From a virus (taxonomy: Duplodnaviria; Caudoviricetes), in IMG/VR virus record IMGVR_UViG_3300044631_002111, positions 1-57,691 of that record: DNA of 57,691 nt. One strand, written 5' to 3'. Made by a program: the position numbers and the translations under genes. Position 1 is the first letter of the stretch. Every line of letters starts with the position of its first letter. Below, one piece after another: positions 37,558 to 46,920 of the stretch. Below the pieces are notes generated by a model that was not told the origin of the DNA, did not search any database, and was given only the letters and a program-made list of their open reading frames with translations.

Positions 37558-37701
37558 TGGTGACACGGCGGAGGCATTGAAGTCGGAAGACGATTCCGAA
37601 TCTGGTTATGCCGAGGGATGCCGAGTGTGGCTCATGGTCGGCTCACTACGAGACCCCCGCTGAAGCCCATAGGAGAACACTCCGCCGTGCCACCACTTTT
37701 T
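37558..37701 (+). ncRNA. ~140-nt structured intergenic element/attenuator upstream of polA
   Basis: TGGTGACACGGCGGAG (37558-73) pairs with CTCCGCCGTGCCACCA (37680-95; 1 mismatch), encloses TCGGAA/TTCCGA, GGCAT/ATGCC and GCCGA/TCGGC helices, and is followed by a T-run. Confidence 0.6.
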
Positions 37702-37708
37702 GACTGAT

Positions 37709-39574
37709 ATGTCCATCGCCGCCGTCGACTTCGAGACGTACTACGACTCGGACGTCACAATCGTAGAGCTGGGGGTTCACCACTACCTCCGGCACTCTGA
37801 GAGTGACATCTATTTGGTCTCGATCGCCACCGACACCGGCCTCCGGTATGTCGGCCATCCTAAAGACTTCGATTGGAGCCAGATCGCCGGTCCTCAGTGG
37901 ACGTGGCTCTCACACAACGCGCAGTTCGACATGCCGGTATTCCAACGGCTGCAAGAGATTGACTGCGGAAACGCCCGATCCGTGACGGAACTCGCGGAGT
38001 GGCACGATACGGCAGACCTGGCCGCGTTCCTATCCGTGCCCCGATCCCTCAAAGAATCCTCCCGCCATTTACTCAACGTCGCCGTTTCCAAAGACGTGCG
38101 CGACGAAATGAAGGGTCAACGCTGGGAGTCAATGTCCCCGCAATTTCGCAAAGCAGTCGAGGAATACGCCCTCGCCGACGCGGAGAACTGCCTCAGACTT
38201 TTTTTGGAGCACGGTCATAAATGGCCGGAGCATGAACGGGAGATCAGCGCGATGACCCGCACCATGGCTCTCCGCGGTGTTCCTCTCGACGCAGAAGCCC
38301 TGGACCGCGATATCGAGAAGCTGGAGGTAGATATGTGGGAGATCCGCCAGTCCATCCCATGGAAGGACGAACCTCACCGCAGTCCGGCTAAAGCCAAGAA
38401 GGGGGTCAAGGTCCCCCTGCTCTCCCCCATCATGCTGCGGGAAGAATGCGCGAAACACGGCCTCAAAGCGCCGACTAGCTTTGCGCAAGACGACCCCGAA
38501 GCAGAAAAGTTTTTCGACGATCACGCCAAAGACCACCCATGGATTCAAGGCGTGCGCGATTACCGCCGCGCGGGCAAGCACCTCAAGACGCTGGAGACCA
38601 TGCGTCAACGCAAGCGCGAAGACGGGTGGATGTCCTACGGGCTCAAATACGGAGGGGCGCACACCTTGCGGGACTCCGGGGACTCGGGCCTCAACATGCA
38701 AAACTTACCAAAGGGCTTGGTATGTGGCGTGGACGTGCGCGCGAAAATCAAGGCTCCCGAGGGCTATACCTTCGCCATCGTCGATTTGTCCCAGATCGAA
38801 CCGCGCTGCCTTCACTGGCTGGCCGAGGACGAAACAACTCTCGCCTATATCCGCCAAGTCCCCGATCTCTACGAAGCGCAGGCGAGAGCGTGGGGGCTTT
38901 ACAACGGGGAAGGCTCGATGGCGCAAAACGCACCGGAGACCCGCTTCCTCATGAAGCAGTTGGCGCTCGGGCTCGGATACGGGATGGGCGCGAAAAGATT
39001 CGCGGACGTAGCCGGTGTCCCCCTCGAAGAGGCAGAGCGGTTGGTGAACCTCTACCGAAACAAGAATCCTCTCGTGCTCAAGCTCTGGAAACGACTGGAG
39101 ACAACTATGAGCGACACCGCCAAGCACCCGACCAACAAGTTGCTGGAGATACACCTGCCCTCGGGACGCACAATGAACTACCGCAACGTAGCCCGAATGG
39201 AGGGAGAAACGCCCAAGCCCTCCAAACTAGCCAGCTACAAAAAGGAGACCTCCACACGACCGAAGGTAGGCCTGCGCGCCGAGATACCCCGCGCCGGAAA
39301 GTTCATGAGACTCGGCTTTTGGGGCGGAGTGCTCGTAGAGAACCTCGTTCAGAGCGCAGCGAGGGATGTTTTTATGGCGCAATGCCTGTCCATCGAGAGA
39401 GCAGGCATTCCGGTTCTCATGCGCGTTCACGACGAAGTCGTGTGTCTTGTCCGCGAGGACGAAGCCGAAGCCAAGCTCGCCCAGATCCTTTCCATCATGT
39501 CCACGCCGCCCGAGTGGGCGCACGGACTGCCGCTCGCTGCGGCCGGAAGCCTGTCCAAAACCTACAAAAAATAG
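37709..39574 (+). CDS. polA: DNA polymerase family A (with 3'-5' exonuclease)
   Basis: DFETY, HNAQFD, NMQNLP, motif A DLSQIE, motif B R...K...LG..YG (Leu762), motif C VHDE. Confidence 0.95.
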   Translation: MSIAAVDFETYYDSDVTIVELGVHHYLRHSESDIYLVSIATDTGLRYVGHPKDFDWSQIAGPQWTWLSHNAQFDMPVFQRLQEIDCGNARSVTELAEWHDTADLAAFLSVPRSLKESSRHLLNVAVSKDVRDEMKGQRWESMSPQFRKAVEEYALADAENCLRLFLEHGHKWPEHEREISAMTRTMALRGVPLDAEALDRDIEKLEVDMWEIRQSIPWKDEPHRSPAKAKKGVKVPLLSPIMLREECAKHGLKAPTSFAQDDPEAEKFFDDHAKDHPWIQGVRDYRRAGKHLKTLETMRQRKREDGWMSYGLKYGGAHTLRDSGDSGLNMQNLPKGLVCGVDVRAKIKAPEGYTFAIVDLSQIEPRCLHWLAEDETTLAYIRQVPDLYEAQARAWGLYNGEGSMAQNAPETRFLMKQLALGLGYGMGAKRFADVAGVPLEEAERLVNLYRNKNPLVLKLWKRLETTMSDTAKHPTNKLLEIHLPSGRTMNYRNVARMEGETPKPSKLASYKKETSTRPKVGLRAEIPRAGKFMRLGFWGGVLVENLVQSAARDVFMAQCLSIERAGIPVLMRVHDEVVCLVREDEAEAKLAQILSIMSTPPEWAHGLPLAAAGSLSKTYKK

Positions 39575-39577
39575 CCC

Positions 39578-41749
39578 ATGAAAATATTCTCCCTGCCCAA
39601 CTTGGTCGGCCACGTCGTCTCCATCCTCGACGACACGACGGCCAGCCAACTCCCGAGTCAGCGTCCGAGCAACATGACCAAGGAGATCTACAACCGTTGG
39701 TGTCGCGAGGCTACGACCAAGGGGCATTTTATCTCCGCGTGGGAAGGACTCAACGCGCAGGGGCGCATATCGGAAACCAATCCGTCACGCTACCTTCACG
39801 GCATCATCGCCGACTACGACAACGCGAACGCGATGAGCAAACTCCAGTCGCTGGCTAACAGCACCGGCCACCTGCCGACGTGGGTCGTGCAAAGTTTTAC
39901 TCCGGGCAAGTGCCGACTGATCTGGGTCTTCGAGAACCCTGTCCTGGTGGCCAACCCCGACATCACCGCGGAGTTTCTCAAGAAGCTCGACGAGAAAATT
40001 AAGATCAGCCACGCGCTGCCGGGCTTCGACAAGGCGAGCTGGAAAGACACGCAATACTTCGAGCTGGGGTCGAACTGGCAGTCCATCACCGGGTCGCTGC
40101 CTGTCCCGGATTCCATGCTCTCGGAGTGCATGTTGCAGGGCGGCATGGCGGCAAAGATGGAATTGGCCGACACCGAGATACCAATGGAGGTGATCGCCGA
40201 GGAGGTCGAAAGCCGCTGGCCGGGACGCTGGGGAGGTCAGTTCACCGAGGGCGCGGCGGGCCCACTGTTTTGGATTGAACCATTCCTCAACCATCGAAAC
40301 GCCGTGGTGCGGGAAAACGGGATGGTCTGCTTTTCCGACCGCTCCCCCAGCAACTTCATGCCGTGGCGCGCGATTCTGGGCGACAAGTTTGTCGAGAAAT
40401 ACGAGACCGAACGCGCGGCCAAGCTGGCGGAGATGTTCTACTTCGACGGCACCTCCTACTGGACCAACACGCTTAACGGGGGCACGTGGAAGCCGCTCAA
40501 TCAAAACAACGCGCAACTGCATCTGAAAAATGCGCGCTGCTCACCGCGGATCATCAAGGGCGCCTACGTTAGCGAGGTCGACAAAGTGCTGGTCCACATC
40601 CACACCAGCCGCAACGTCGCCGCCGCCGTGCCAATGCTTTTCCGCGACGAGTCGGTGGTGAGCTACAACGGCGAGGACTACCTGAACATCTCCAACAAAC
40701 ATGCGATGGCTCCGGGAGACAATGGCGACCCCGCCAACTTCCCGTGGATCTACGACTTCATCATGAACGGTTTGGATGGAGAGCAAAACGGGGTTCCGGC
40801 CAGGGAATATTTTATCGGATGGCTGCGCCGGTTCTGGCTGACCAGCTACCAGAAAAACCCGCAGCCGGGACAATCAGTCATCCTTGCCGGGGAGGCCCAC
40901 ACGGGTAAGACGTTTTTCTCCAAGTGCGTTCTGGGGGTGGCCGTGGGCGGATCAATCACTGCCGAGGACATCCTGCTCCAGAGGACAAAGTTCAACCGGC
41001 AGGCCGCGCACAACGCGCTCTGGCGCTGCGACGATGCGATTGCCGAGGGCGACGCCCGCACCAAACAAGTTCTGGCCAACAGTCTGAAGGCGATGGCGGC
41101 AAACCCGACCGTGCTTTACCAGCCAAAGTTTGTGGACGCGGCCGAGCTTCCCTTCCTGGGGCGGGTGTTCCTCACCTGCAACACGGACCCCGAGTCACTC
41201 AAGATCCTGCCCTACCTGGACGGGACCATCAAAGACAAGTTGATGATGTTCCGGATAAAGGACGGCTACCGGCCCCACTTCTTCGGCATCAACAGCGACA
41301 ACGAAGCCCGCGCCATGGCCGAGCTTCCGTTCTTCCTGCGCTGGCTCATGGACTACACCGTCAACCCTGCCGTCCTCGATCCACACAGTCAGCGCTTCGA
41401 GATCGCCAGCTTCCACCACGCCACGCTGGTCGCGGAGGCTAACAGCGAGCAGCCCGAGAGCCTGCTGGCCGAACTCATCCACGCCGCCATGATCAACCTG
41501 CGCGGCGCGGCCAAGAAGGGGGAGCAACACCGCATGACCATGACCGAGCTGTGCCGCGCGATCGAAGTCGCCGAAATGAGCCGCCCGCTGCAACAGCTCG
41601 GAGGCGTCCGGACCCTGGGCAAGCTGCTGCACAAGGTCATCGAGCAGAAACTTTCGCCGCACCTTTCGGCTCCGCCGAAAATCATCCACGGCACCAACAC
41701 ATACACCTTCGACCCTTGGGCCGGAGAAGAACAGGAAACCAAACCATGA
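39578..41749 (+). CDS. Primase-SF3 helicase fusion
   Basis: N-terminal 'ADYD' primase-like domain; C-terminal GEAHTGKT, CDD, TCN. Confidence 0.75.
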   Translation: MKIFSLPNLVGHVVSILDDTTASQLPSQRPSNMTKEIYNRWCREATTKGHFISAWEGLNAQGRISETNPSRYLHGIIADYDNANAMSKLQSLANSTGHLPTWVVQSFTPGKCRLIWVFENPVLVANPDITAEFLKKLDEKIKISHALPGFDKASWKDTQYFELGSNWQSITGSLPVPDSMLSECMLQGGMAAKMELADTEIPMEVIAEEVESRWPGRWGGQFTEGAAGPLFWIEPFLNHRNAVVRENGMVCFSDRSPSNFMPWRAILGDKFVEKYETERAAKLAEMFYFDGTSYWTNTLNGGTWKPLNQNNAQLHLKNARCSPRIIKGAYVSEVDKVLVHIHTSRNVAAAVPMLFRDESVVSYNGEDYLNISNKHAMAPGDNGDPANFPWIYDFIMNGLDGEQNGVPAREYFIGWLRRFWLTSYQKNPQPGQSVILAGEAHTGKTFFSKCVLGVAVGGSITAEDILLQRTKFNRQAAHNALWRCDDAIAEGDARTKQVLANSLKAMAANPTVLYQPKFVDAAELPFLGRVFLTCNTDPESLKILPYLDGTIKDKLMMFRIKDGYRPHFFGINSDNEARAMAELPFFLRWLMDYTVNPAVLDPHSQRFEIASFHHATLVAEANSEQPESLLAELIHAAMINLRGAAKKGEQHRMTMTELCRAIEVAEMSRPLQQLGGVRTLGKLLHKVIEQKLSPHLSAPPKIIHGTNTYTFDPWAGEEQETKP

Positions 41750-41925
41750 ACCCAACCCAAAAAATCGCCCAACTTCGCGACGAAGTAGAGGCCTGCCAAT
41801 ACGACTGGAAACGCACCGAATCCCGGCTGCGGGATGCCGAGAAGCAACTGACCCTGATCCTCGTCATCATGCTGGCCCAGACTGCGCTGTTTGCCGCCAT
41901 GGTCTACACGGCGTCGCTGAAATAA
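41746..41925 (+). CDS. Small coiled-coil + TM protein
   Basis: 59 aa with a C-terminal hydrophobic helix. Confidence 0.5.
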   Translation: MNPTQKIAQLRDEVEACQYDWKRTESRLRDAEKQLTLILVIMLAQTALFAAMVYTASLK

Positions 41926-41929
41926 CTTC

Positions 41930-41958
41930 TTGACATCGGTAGCATATACCGCCAGTCT
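41930..41958 (+). promoter_or_regulatory. Promoter with a 13-bp motif in the spacer
   Basis: TTGACA, 17 nt, CAGTCT; GGTAGCATATACC at 41938-41950. Confidence 0.6.
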
Positions 41959-41996
41959 GTAAAGCATTACCACAACCCCAACCCGACGACTTATTT

Positions 41997-42323
41997 ATGC
42001 CATATAACGCAGACCCCGCAACTTGGATCACAGGATGGAACGTAGCTAGCAACAACTTGCAGCTACCCCTCGCTCAGTTCCCGAAACTAAGCAGCGCAGA
42101 GGCCACCCCAGGAACTGCAAACGCGGACGTGCGACGCTGTTGGTTTGCCCTCCTCGACAAACTTTTCACGACTTTTGTCGCCAAGCAAGCCGCGGGCGAT
42201 GCGCCCACCAAAATGACGGTGACGAAAAACTCGTTGGTCAATACCAGCACGAACAGAACTACCACCACCTACAACGTATCTTTCGTAACTGAGTTTACGG
42301 ACGAAGAGGTTGTTAGCGAGTAG
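41997..42323 (+). CDS. Hypothetical protein with its own promoter (moron-like, Thr-rich)
   Basis: 108-aa ORF. Confidence 0.65.
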   Translation: MPYNADPATWITGWNVASNNLQLPLAQFPKLSSAEATPGTANADVRRCWFALLDKLFTTFVAKQAAGDAPTKMTVTKNSLVNTSTNRTTTTYNVSFVTEFTDEEVVSE

Positions 42324-42454
42324 CTTGTTTTTCCGGTGAGCGCCGGGTGGTTTTTAATCGGCATGGCATGCGGCCTTATTTTGGGCGCGCTGGCCAGCTA
42401 CGGCTTCATGTTCGCCTGGGCCGTTAAATACGGCGGCGAGGAAGACGAAGACTC

Positions 42455-42483
42455 TTGACGCGAGGTATCATATACCGCACGCT
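42455..42483 (+). promoter_or_regulatory. Promoter with a 13-bp motif in the spacer
   Basis: TTGACG, 17 nt, CACGCT; GGTATCATATACC at 42464-42476. Confidence 0.55.
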
Positions 42484-42720
42484 TCGACTTGCAAATGGTG
42501 GGGGTGCGTGAACAGGCTTAAGGCCTGGGTCTCGCAAATATGGTTCAACCCAGCCCCCACCCCCTTAACCCCAAACGTACATGACCCGAACCACTCGCCT
42601 CTGCGTCCTTTCAGGAGCCATTTACATCCTTCTCTTCGGCGTTCTGCTGACCGTTCTGCGACACGTCGTCCCTGACACACCGCCCGAGCCAGACCTGTCG
42701 CTCTGCCCATTCTGCCACAA

Positions 42721-43092
42721 ATGATGGACGGGCAAGTCATGGAAATCCTCCGAGTTCTTGCGGAGAAGTTCGGGACCACCACGGAGTTCTTGTGGGGCAT
42801 CCTGGTCCGGCAGGCCTACGTCCACGGAATAACCGCGATCGTCTGCTTCCTCGTCACCTCAGTCTTAATCTTCGGATGGAACTGGGTCTGGTGGCATGCG
42901 GAAGTTGATGAGGAAACCAGCCGCCGCGACCAGGGCGATCGAATGTTCGCTATATTCATGTGCCGACTTGGTGGCCTAGGTCTGGTGTTCATCTGGACCT
43001 GCTTTTTCCTGAGCGGAATGTTCGAGGTCGCGACCGCGCTGATCAACCCCGAGTACTGGGCGATTCAACAGGTCTTGAGAGGTTTGAAATGA
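42721..43092 (+). CDS. Two-TM membrane protein (LA.K.G.T.E.LW..LV.QA ... NPEYWAI family)
   Basis: 123 aa. Confidence 0.7.
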   Translation: MMDGQVMEILRVLAEKFGTTTEFLWGILVRQAYVHGITAIVCFLVTSVLIFGWNWVWWHAEVDEETSRRDQGDRMFAIFMCRLGGLGLVFIWTCFFLSGMFEVATALINPEYWAIQQVLRGLK

Positions 43093-43373
43093 CCGACCAC
43101 CCCCACACCCGAGAAGCGATAGAGCGTTGGCGACAGGGTAAAGTCAACGTGTTCGACGCGTTGGCCGAACTGGAAGATCAACGGGACGCGGCCCGAGCCG
43201 AGATCGAACACTTTCGCGTAGCGACAAGAGAACTGATCCGACTCTTGGAGATCGAGGAAGAGTCGGATTCGGGCACCCCATTCAAACCGAACCGGATCTC
43301 CTCTTGCCGCGTCATGGACGGGATGCAGATGAACCAGTGCCTCAAGAAACTGAAGGAGCTTGCCGCCGAATGA
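43089..43373 (+). CDS. Hypothetical protein
   Basis: 94 aa, ATGA-coupled. Confidence 0.55.
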   Translation: MTDHPHTREAIERWRQGKVNVFDALAELEDQRDAARAEIEHFRVATRELIRLLEIEEESDSGTPFKPNRISSCRVMDGMQMNQCLKKLKELAAE

Positions 43374-43714
43374 TCCACGAGTTCCGCAACCCTGTGCCGG
43401 TGAAGACGGACATCGGTTACGGCTGGCTCATGTATGTGCGGGACGGAGGCACCTTCGCCAACGACGTCTTCGCGGTCGTCATGGAAAAGGACGGCGGCAT
43501 CCGGCACTTCCGCAGCGAGCAATTCACCCTGCTGCCCAACCCGACTTTCGACATCCAGCAGGCAGAAGACGAGTCAGCGGGAACCCCAGAGACTGATGTA
43601 AAGGAAGCCCAAATTCCCAATCGTATATCCGGCGAAGGCGATGCTCATGCCGATCTGGCCCTCCCGGAGGAATCCGATCGAGGTCAGCACGTAGCACGTT
43701 GTACACACAAGTAG
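43370..43714 (+). CDS. Hypothetical protein (HEF.NP.PV.T..G.G family)
   Basis: 114 aa, ATGA-coupled. Confidence 0.6.
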   Translation: MIHEFRNPVPVKTDIGYGWLMYVRDGGTFANDVFAVVMEKDGGIRHFRSEQFTLLPNPTFDIQQAEDESAGTPETDVKEAQIPNRISGEGDAHADLALPEESDRGQHVARCTHK

Positions 43715-43736
43715 GGGCCAGAAGGTCATGGGCCGA

Positions 43737-44099
43737 TCAGCTCAGGTGTTTGAGCTTGTAGAGGGTCGAGTTGACCAGGGAGGCGATCTCGTCCACGACG
43801 TTCTGCAACTCTGATTCCTTGCCGACCGACTCCCGGTATTCGGTAAGGTAGGAGCGCAGCGACTCGGCAAACTGGACCGCGTCGTCCGGGGACGTGACGG
43901 CGTAGGAGGGGTACTTCTCCACGATCCCGTTGAGCCCTTGGTAGCTCTCGATAAGCGTATCCACTAGCCCTGGGAGACCTTCGTAGAGATCCCCCAGAGC
44001 CTTGTGAGCGGCGTAAGACTTAGTCTTAAGGTGTAGAATATGTGCCTGGGTGGAGGCGTGCAAGAGCGTGGCGAAAAATTCAGGAGCGGATTGAGACAT
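43737..44099 (-). CDS. Dps/ferritin-like four-helix protein (DUF5856-like)
   Basis: H..H..T.SYA.H.AL...YE......D...E.YQG; own promoter TTGACT-16-TAGCCT at ~44136-44109. Confidence 0.75.
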   Translation of the reverse strand: MSQSAPEFFATLLHASTQAHILHLKTKSYAAHKALGDLYEGLPGLVDTLIESYQGLNGIVEKYPSYAVTSPDDAVQFAESLRSYLTEYRESVGKESELQNVVDEIASLVNSTLYKLKHLS

Positions 44100-44370
44100 G
44101 ATGGAACAAGGCTAGTGGTATATGCGGCCAAGTCAATACTTTTCCTTAAAAGATCAGCTTACCTCCCACCCCGCCCTAGTTTAACATAAATCGAAGCTAA
44201 TTGCGGCGAATACCGGCCGATTCTCCGCAGGATGTGTAAAAACAAGTTGGACAGAAGATAGAGCTTTTGATCGGGGGCTATTGCAATTTGATACCCCGAC
44301 ACCCAGATGCGGAGCAATTTGAGACAGGGATGCAGGGATTCAGGGGTACAAACGGGGGACAGCTATCGAA

Positions 44371-44668
44371 TTGGGTGGATGTAATTCTGCTGGGTGGATG
44401 AGAAAATTTTACATCCACCCAAATTAAGGTGCTGATTTTGAGACGTTTGTGATCGCTGGGTGGATGAGGGGGGTTAGGTGGGTGTGTTTTGAGTCCTTAT
44501 ACATAATGGGTGTATGAAGGAAGATGCCTTATTATTTTTCTCGCGCGCGTATTTTAAAATTACATCCACCTCATCCACCCAAATTGCATAAGTCGTTGAC
44601 CATCAACATCGCATTTGGGTGTATCAAGCGTTTTTTCTCATCCACCCAAACCCACCCTCATCCACCCA
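44371..44668. repeat. Iteron-like CATCCACCC(A) repeats in both orientations (ori or packaging-site candidate)
   Basis: TGGGTGGATG at 44372, 44391 and 44457; CATCCACC(CA) at 44412, 44563, 44572, 44639 and 44659; AT-rich centre; non-coding. Confidence 0.8.
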
Positions 44669-45024
44669 ATACTGATAACTCGCTTTTTATCCTGTCAACT
44701 GGCCCCCGGCGGGGCGTTGTCTGTTTTTGCGGCCGGACCAATCTCATGGAATTCGATGGGGTATCGCCGCCCCCCCCTCAACTTGGTATGTGCAACCCTG
44801 TCGCCTTGATGCCTTGATTTTGCGCGCTATGGCCTCCAGGAGACGTTTTCATGGTTTGAGGCGCCCGTTGGAGCCTTCCGGGGTCTGAACACGTCCTGGG
44901 GCCAAAATTTTTTTACGGAGGGGTATATTAATTCGTTCTGTTTAAAGACACCCCCTGCACCCCCACCCCCCGGCGGGGGTCAATACAGAGGTGGCCCTCC
45001 ACTATCTTTCACGTATAGGCCCGG

Positions 45025-45040
45025 TATCCGATATCGGATA
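45025..45040. repeat. 16-bp palindrome TATCCGATATCGGATA, copy 1
   Basis: Extends to 20 bp (GG...CC). Confidence 0.95.
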
Positions 45041-45144
45041 CCCCAACAGGCCGCGCCACCTAACTACAGGGGCAGGTGTGAGCGGGACACGTGACCGGAA
45101 GCAATAACGCCAACGGCGCGCAATCCCCCGCCCACACCTATAAC

Positions 45145-45654
45145 ATGAAGAAAGCGAAAACCGAAAAGAAGGCGCGCGCTGTCGTCGCCGAAACGAAAAC
45201 CGCTGGCCTCCTCGCCAGCACGGCGCGCATCCTGTCGCGCCTTGTGGGCGGGCTGGTAAAGATCGCGTCCGGCGAGGATTCTCTCGCCGCGCACGTTGAA
45301 AAGACCAAGGCCACACTCAAAGCGCAGATTGATGCGGCAGTCGAAGACTGGCGCGCAATCAAAGCGGAACACCGCGAACCCGCCGAGCGGAAAGCGTTGG
45401 CGCAAAGCGTTTATAACGCTTTGACAAAAGAGCACGGCATGACGCCACAACGCGCTTCCGAGGTTCTGAAACGCATTGGCGTGCAGATTCGCGAAAAGGC
45501 GAAAACCGAGGCGACGAACGTCTCGGCGGAAAATATCGAACAGCTTTTCATGCTGGCCGATAAGTTAGAGAATGGGGACGGGCGCCGCGTTTGCGCGCTT
45601 CTCTCCCGCGCTTATGGGAAAGGCCGGAAGGTCTACCCTGCGAAACGCGACTAA
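45145..45654 (+). CDS. Basic helical hypothetical protein (possible DNA binder)
   Basis: 169 aa, isolated unit with its own terminator; HTH-like GMTPQRASEVLKRIG. Confidence 0.65.
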   Translation: MKKAKTEKKARAVVAETKTAGLLASTARILSRLVGGLVKIASGEDSLAAHVEKTKATLKAQIDAAVEDWRAIKAEHREPAERKALAQSVYNALTKEHGMTPQRASEVLKRIGVQIREKAKTEATNVSAENIEQLFMLADKLENGDGRRVCALLSRAYGKGRKVYPAKRD

Positions 45655-45656
45655 TC

Positions 45657-45693
45657 AAAAAGACCCTCGCACCTTCGGGTGCGGGGGTTTTTT
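45657..45693 (+). terminator. Rho-independent (probably bidirectional) terminator
   Basis: ACCCTCGCACC-TTCG-GGTGCGGGGGT followed by a T-run and preceded by an A-run; between convergent genes. Confidence 0.9.
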
Positions 45694-45790
45694 CGTGCCA
45701 AAATCACTGTCATGTTCACTGTCACCAACTGTCATCTACTTTCACTGCTCGCGCGCGGTTGCGCTCCTCTGCTCCTCTGCTCCTCGACTA

Positions 45791-46426
45791 TTATCCGATA
45801 TCGGATAAGTCGTTTTGCTGCTCATCGGGCTGGCAACCCGTAGTTTCACTCTGTGGAGCATCGGATGGTGACGCTTTGGTGACGGATTCGGCCTCATTTT
45901 CGACGAATTCGCCCTCTATGATCTCATCCTGCAAACTTGTCTTTAGCCTCTCGTTGACGACCTGCAACTGGACGATGGTGTTGCTCTTGCCCTCTGTCTC
46001 GTCGATGCCCAGCAACCGGCGCATCATCTTATCCGCGATGTCGTAGTCCTTCCAGTTGCGCGGCGGGGCGATGATCGTCTGGTCAAGAAGTCTGGCCATC
46101 TTTAAGACCCCTTTGCTCCGGTAGTCCTTGGTGGCCTTGTCGAAGTCGAGCGCACCTGTTGATGTCGATAACGAGTTTGCGGAGCGCGCGGCTCCTTCTA
46201 TTTGTTCTGCAAGAGCATTGTTTTCTGTGACCCTGTAACCCTGCATCTCTGCGACCTTGTCGAGCTTGTTCCGAACACGCTTCGGAGTGTTCCATTTGTA
46301 GCGCATACTCCGCATCCGGATGGTCGCCTGATTTATTCCGAACATCCGTGCTACATCTGCCAGAGAAGTTCCCTTCTCCACCACCTTTTGAATCTCGTCC
46401 CATGGGACATCTAGTGCTTTGGGCAT
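45791..46426 (-). CDS. terS: Terminase small subunit-like HTH protein
   Basis: W..I.....G.SL..VA..FGI...TI..R..R..W N-terminal HTH, 'RRLLGID' and an acidic tail; promoter TTGACT-17-TATTCC upstream. Confidence 0.6.
   Translation of the reverse strand: MPKALDVPWDEIQKVVEKGTSLADVARMFGINQATIRMRSMRYKWNTPKRVRNKLDKVAEMQGYRVTENNALAEQIEGAARSANSLSTSTGALDFDKATKDYRSKGVLKMARLLDQTIIAPPRNWKDYDIADKMMRRLLGIDETEGKSNTIVQLQVVNERLKTSLQDEIIEGEFVENEAESVTKASPSDAPQSETTGCQPDEQQNDLSDIG
45792..45807. repeat. 16-bp palindrome, copy 2 (encodes SDIG-stop of the TerS-like gene)
   Basis: Exact match. Confidence 0.95.
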
Positions 46427-46493
46427 AATTTGGACAGGTCTGTAAAGCTCTGCAACTTGTTGTAAAAAAGGTAGGAATATGGTGTATTAAACC

Positions 46494-46522
46494 TTGAGTC
46501 AAGCACTACCCCATGTTAATAT
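46494..46522 (+). promoter_or_regulatory. Strong sigma70-like early promoter, divergent from terS
   Basis: TTGAGT, 17 nt, TAATAT with extended -10 TG; GGTGTATTAAACC at 46481-46493 abuts the -35. Confidence 0.7.
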
Positions 46523-46630
46523 GGTTATCGTAAGGTAAGAGTTAGATCAGACCCTTACGATCCTTGAAATTTGAAGGCCAAGTAAGTCCGAGGCAAGTGT
46601 GCCAACGCTGAGTCGATTGACTGCCAGAAG

Positions 46631-46646
46631 TATCCGATATCGGATA
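46631..46646. repeat. 16-bp palindrome, copy 3 (inside the ncRNA candidate)
   Basis: Exact match. Confidence 0.95.
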
Positions 46647-46904
46647 ACTCCGGTGAAGCGTGGGTGGCGGGCGCCGAGCACGACCCGACGATACTGCATG
46701 GCCGAGAAGTGAGATCAGACCAGCATCAGCAAAAGTTGGTTCCTGTGCCGACCCGCATTGAAAGCGGGCAGCAACCCTAACGGGTTCAAGTCGTGTAGCG
46801 CGAAAGCGTGTGACGGGCGGATGGTGCAAAGCCCACAGGATGCGCGGAAGTGGATAGCTGGTAGACCGGACACTCGCATTGGGTTGCTCCCAACCTCCGG
46901 TGCT

Positions 46905-46920
46905 TATCCGATATCGGATA
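46905..46920. repeat. 16-bp palindrome, copy 4 (inside the ncRNA candidate)
   Basis: Exact match; extends to CTT...AAG. Confidence 0.95.

Noticed and set aside
45706-45734. ACTGTCA x3, resembling the GTCACCA arm repeats
   Set aside because: Short, far from attP, and only one copy matches the arm sequence; insufficient support.
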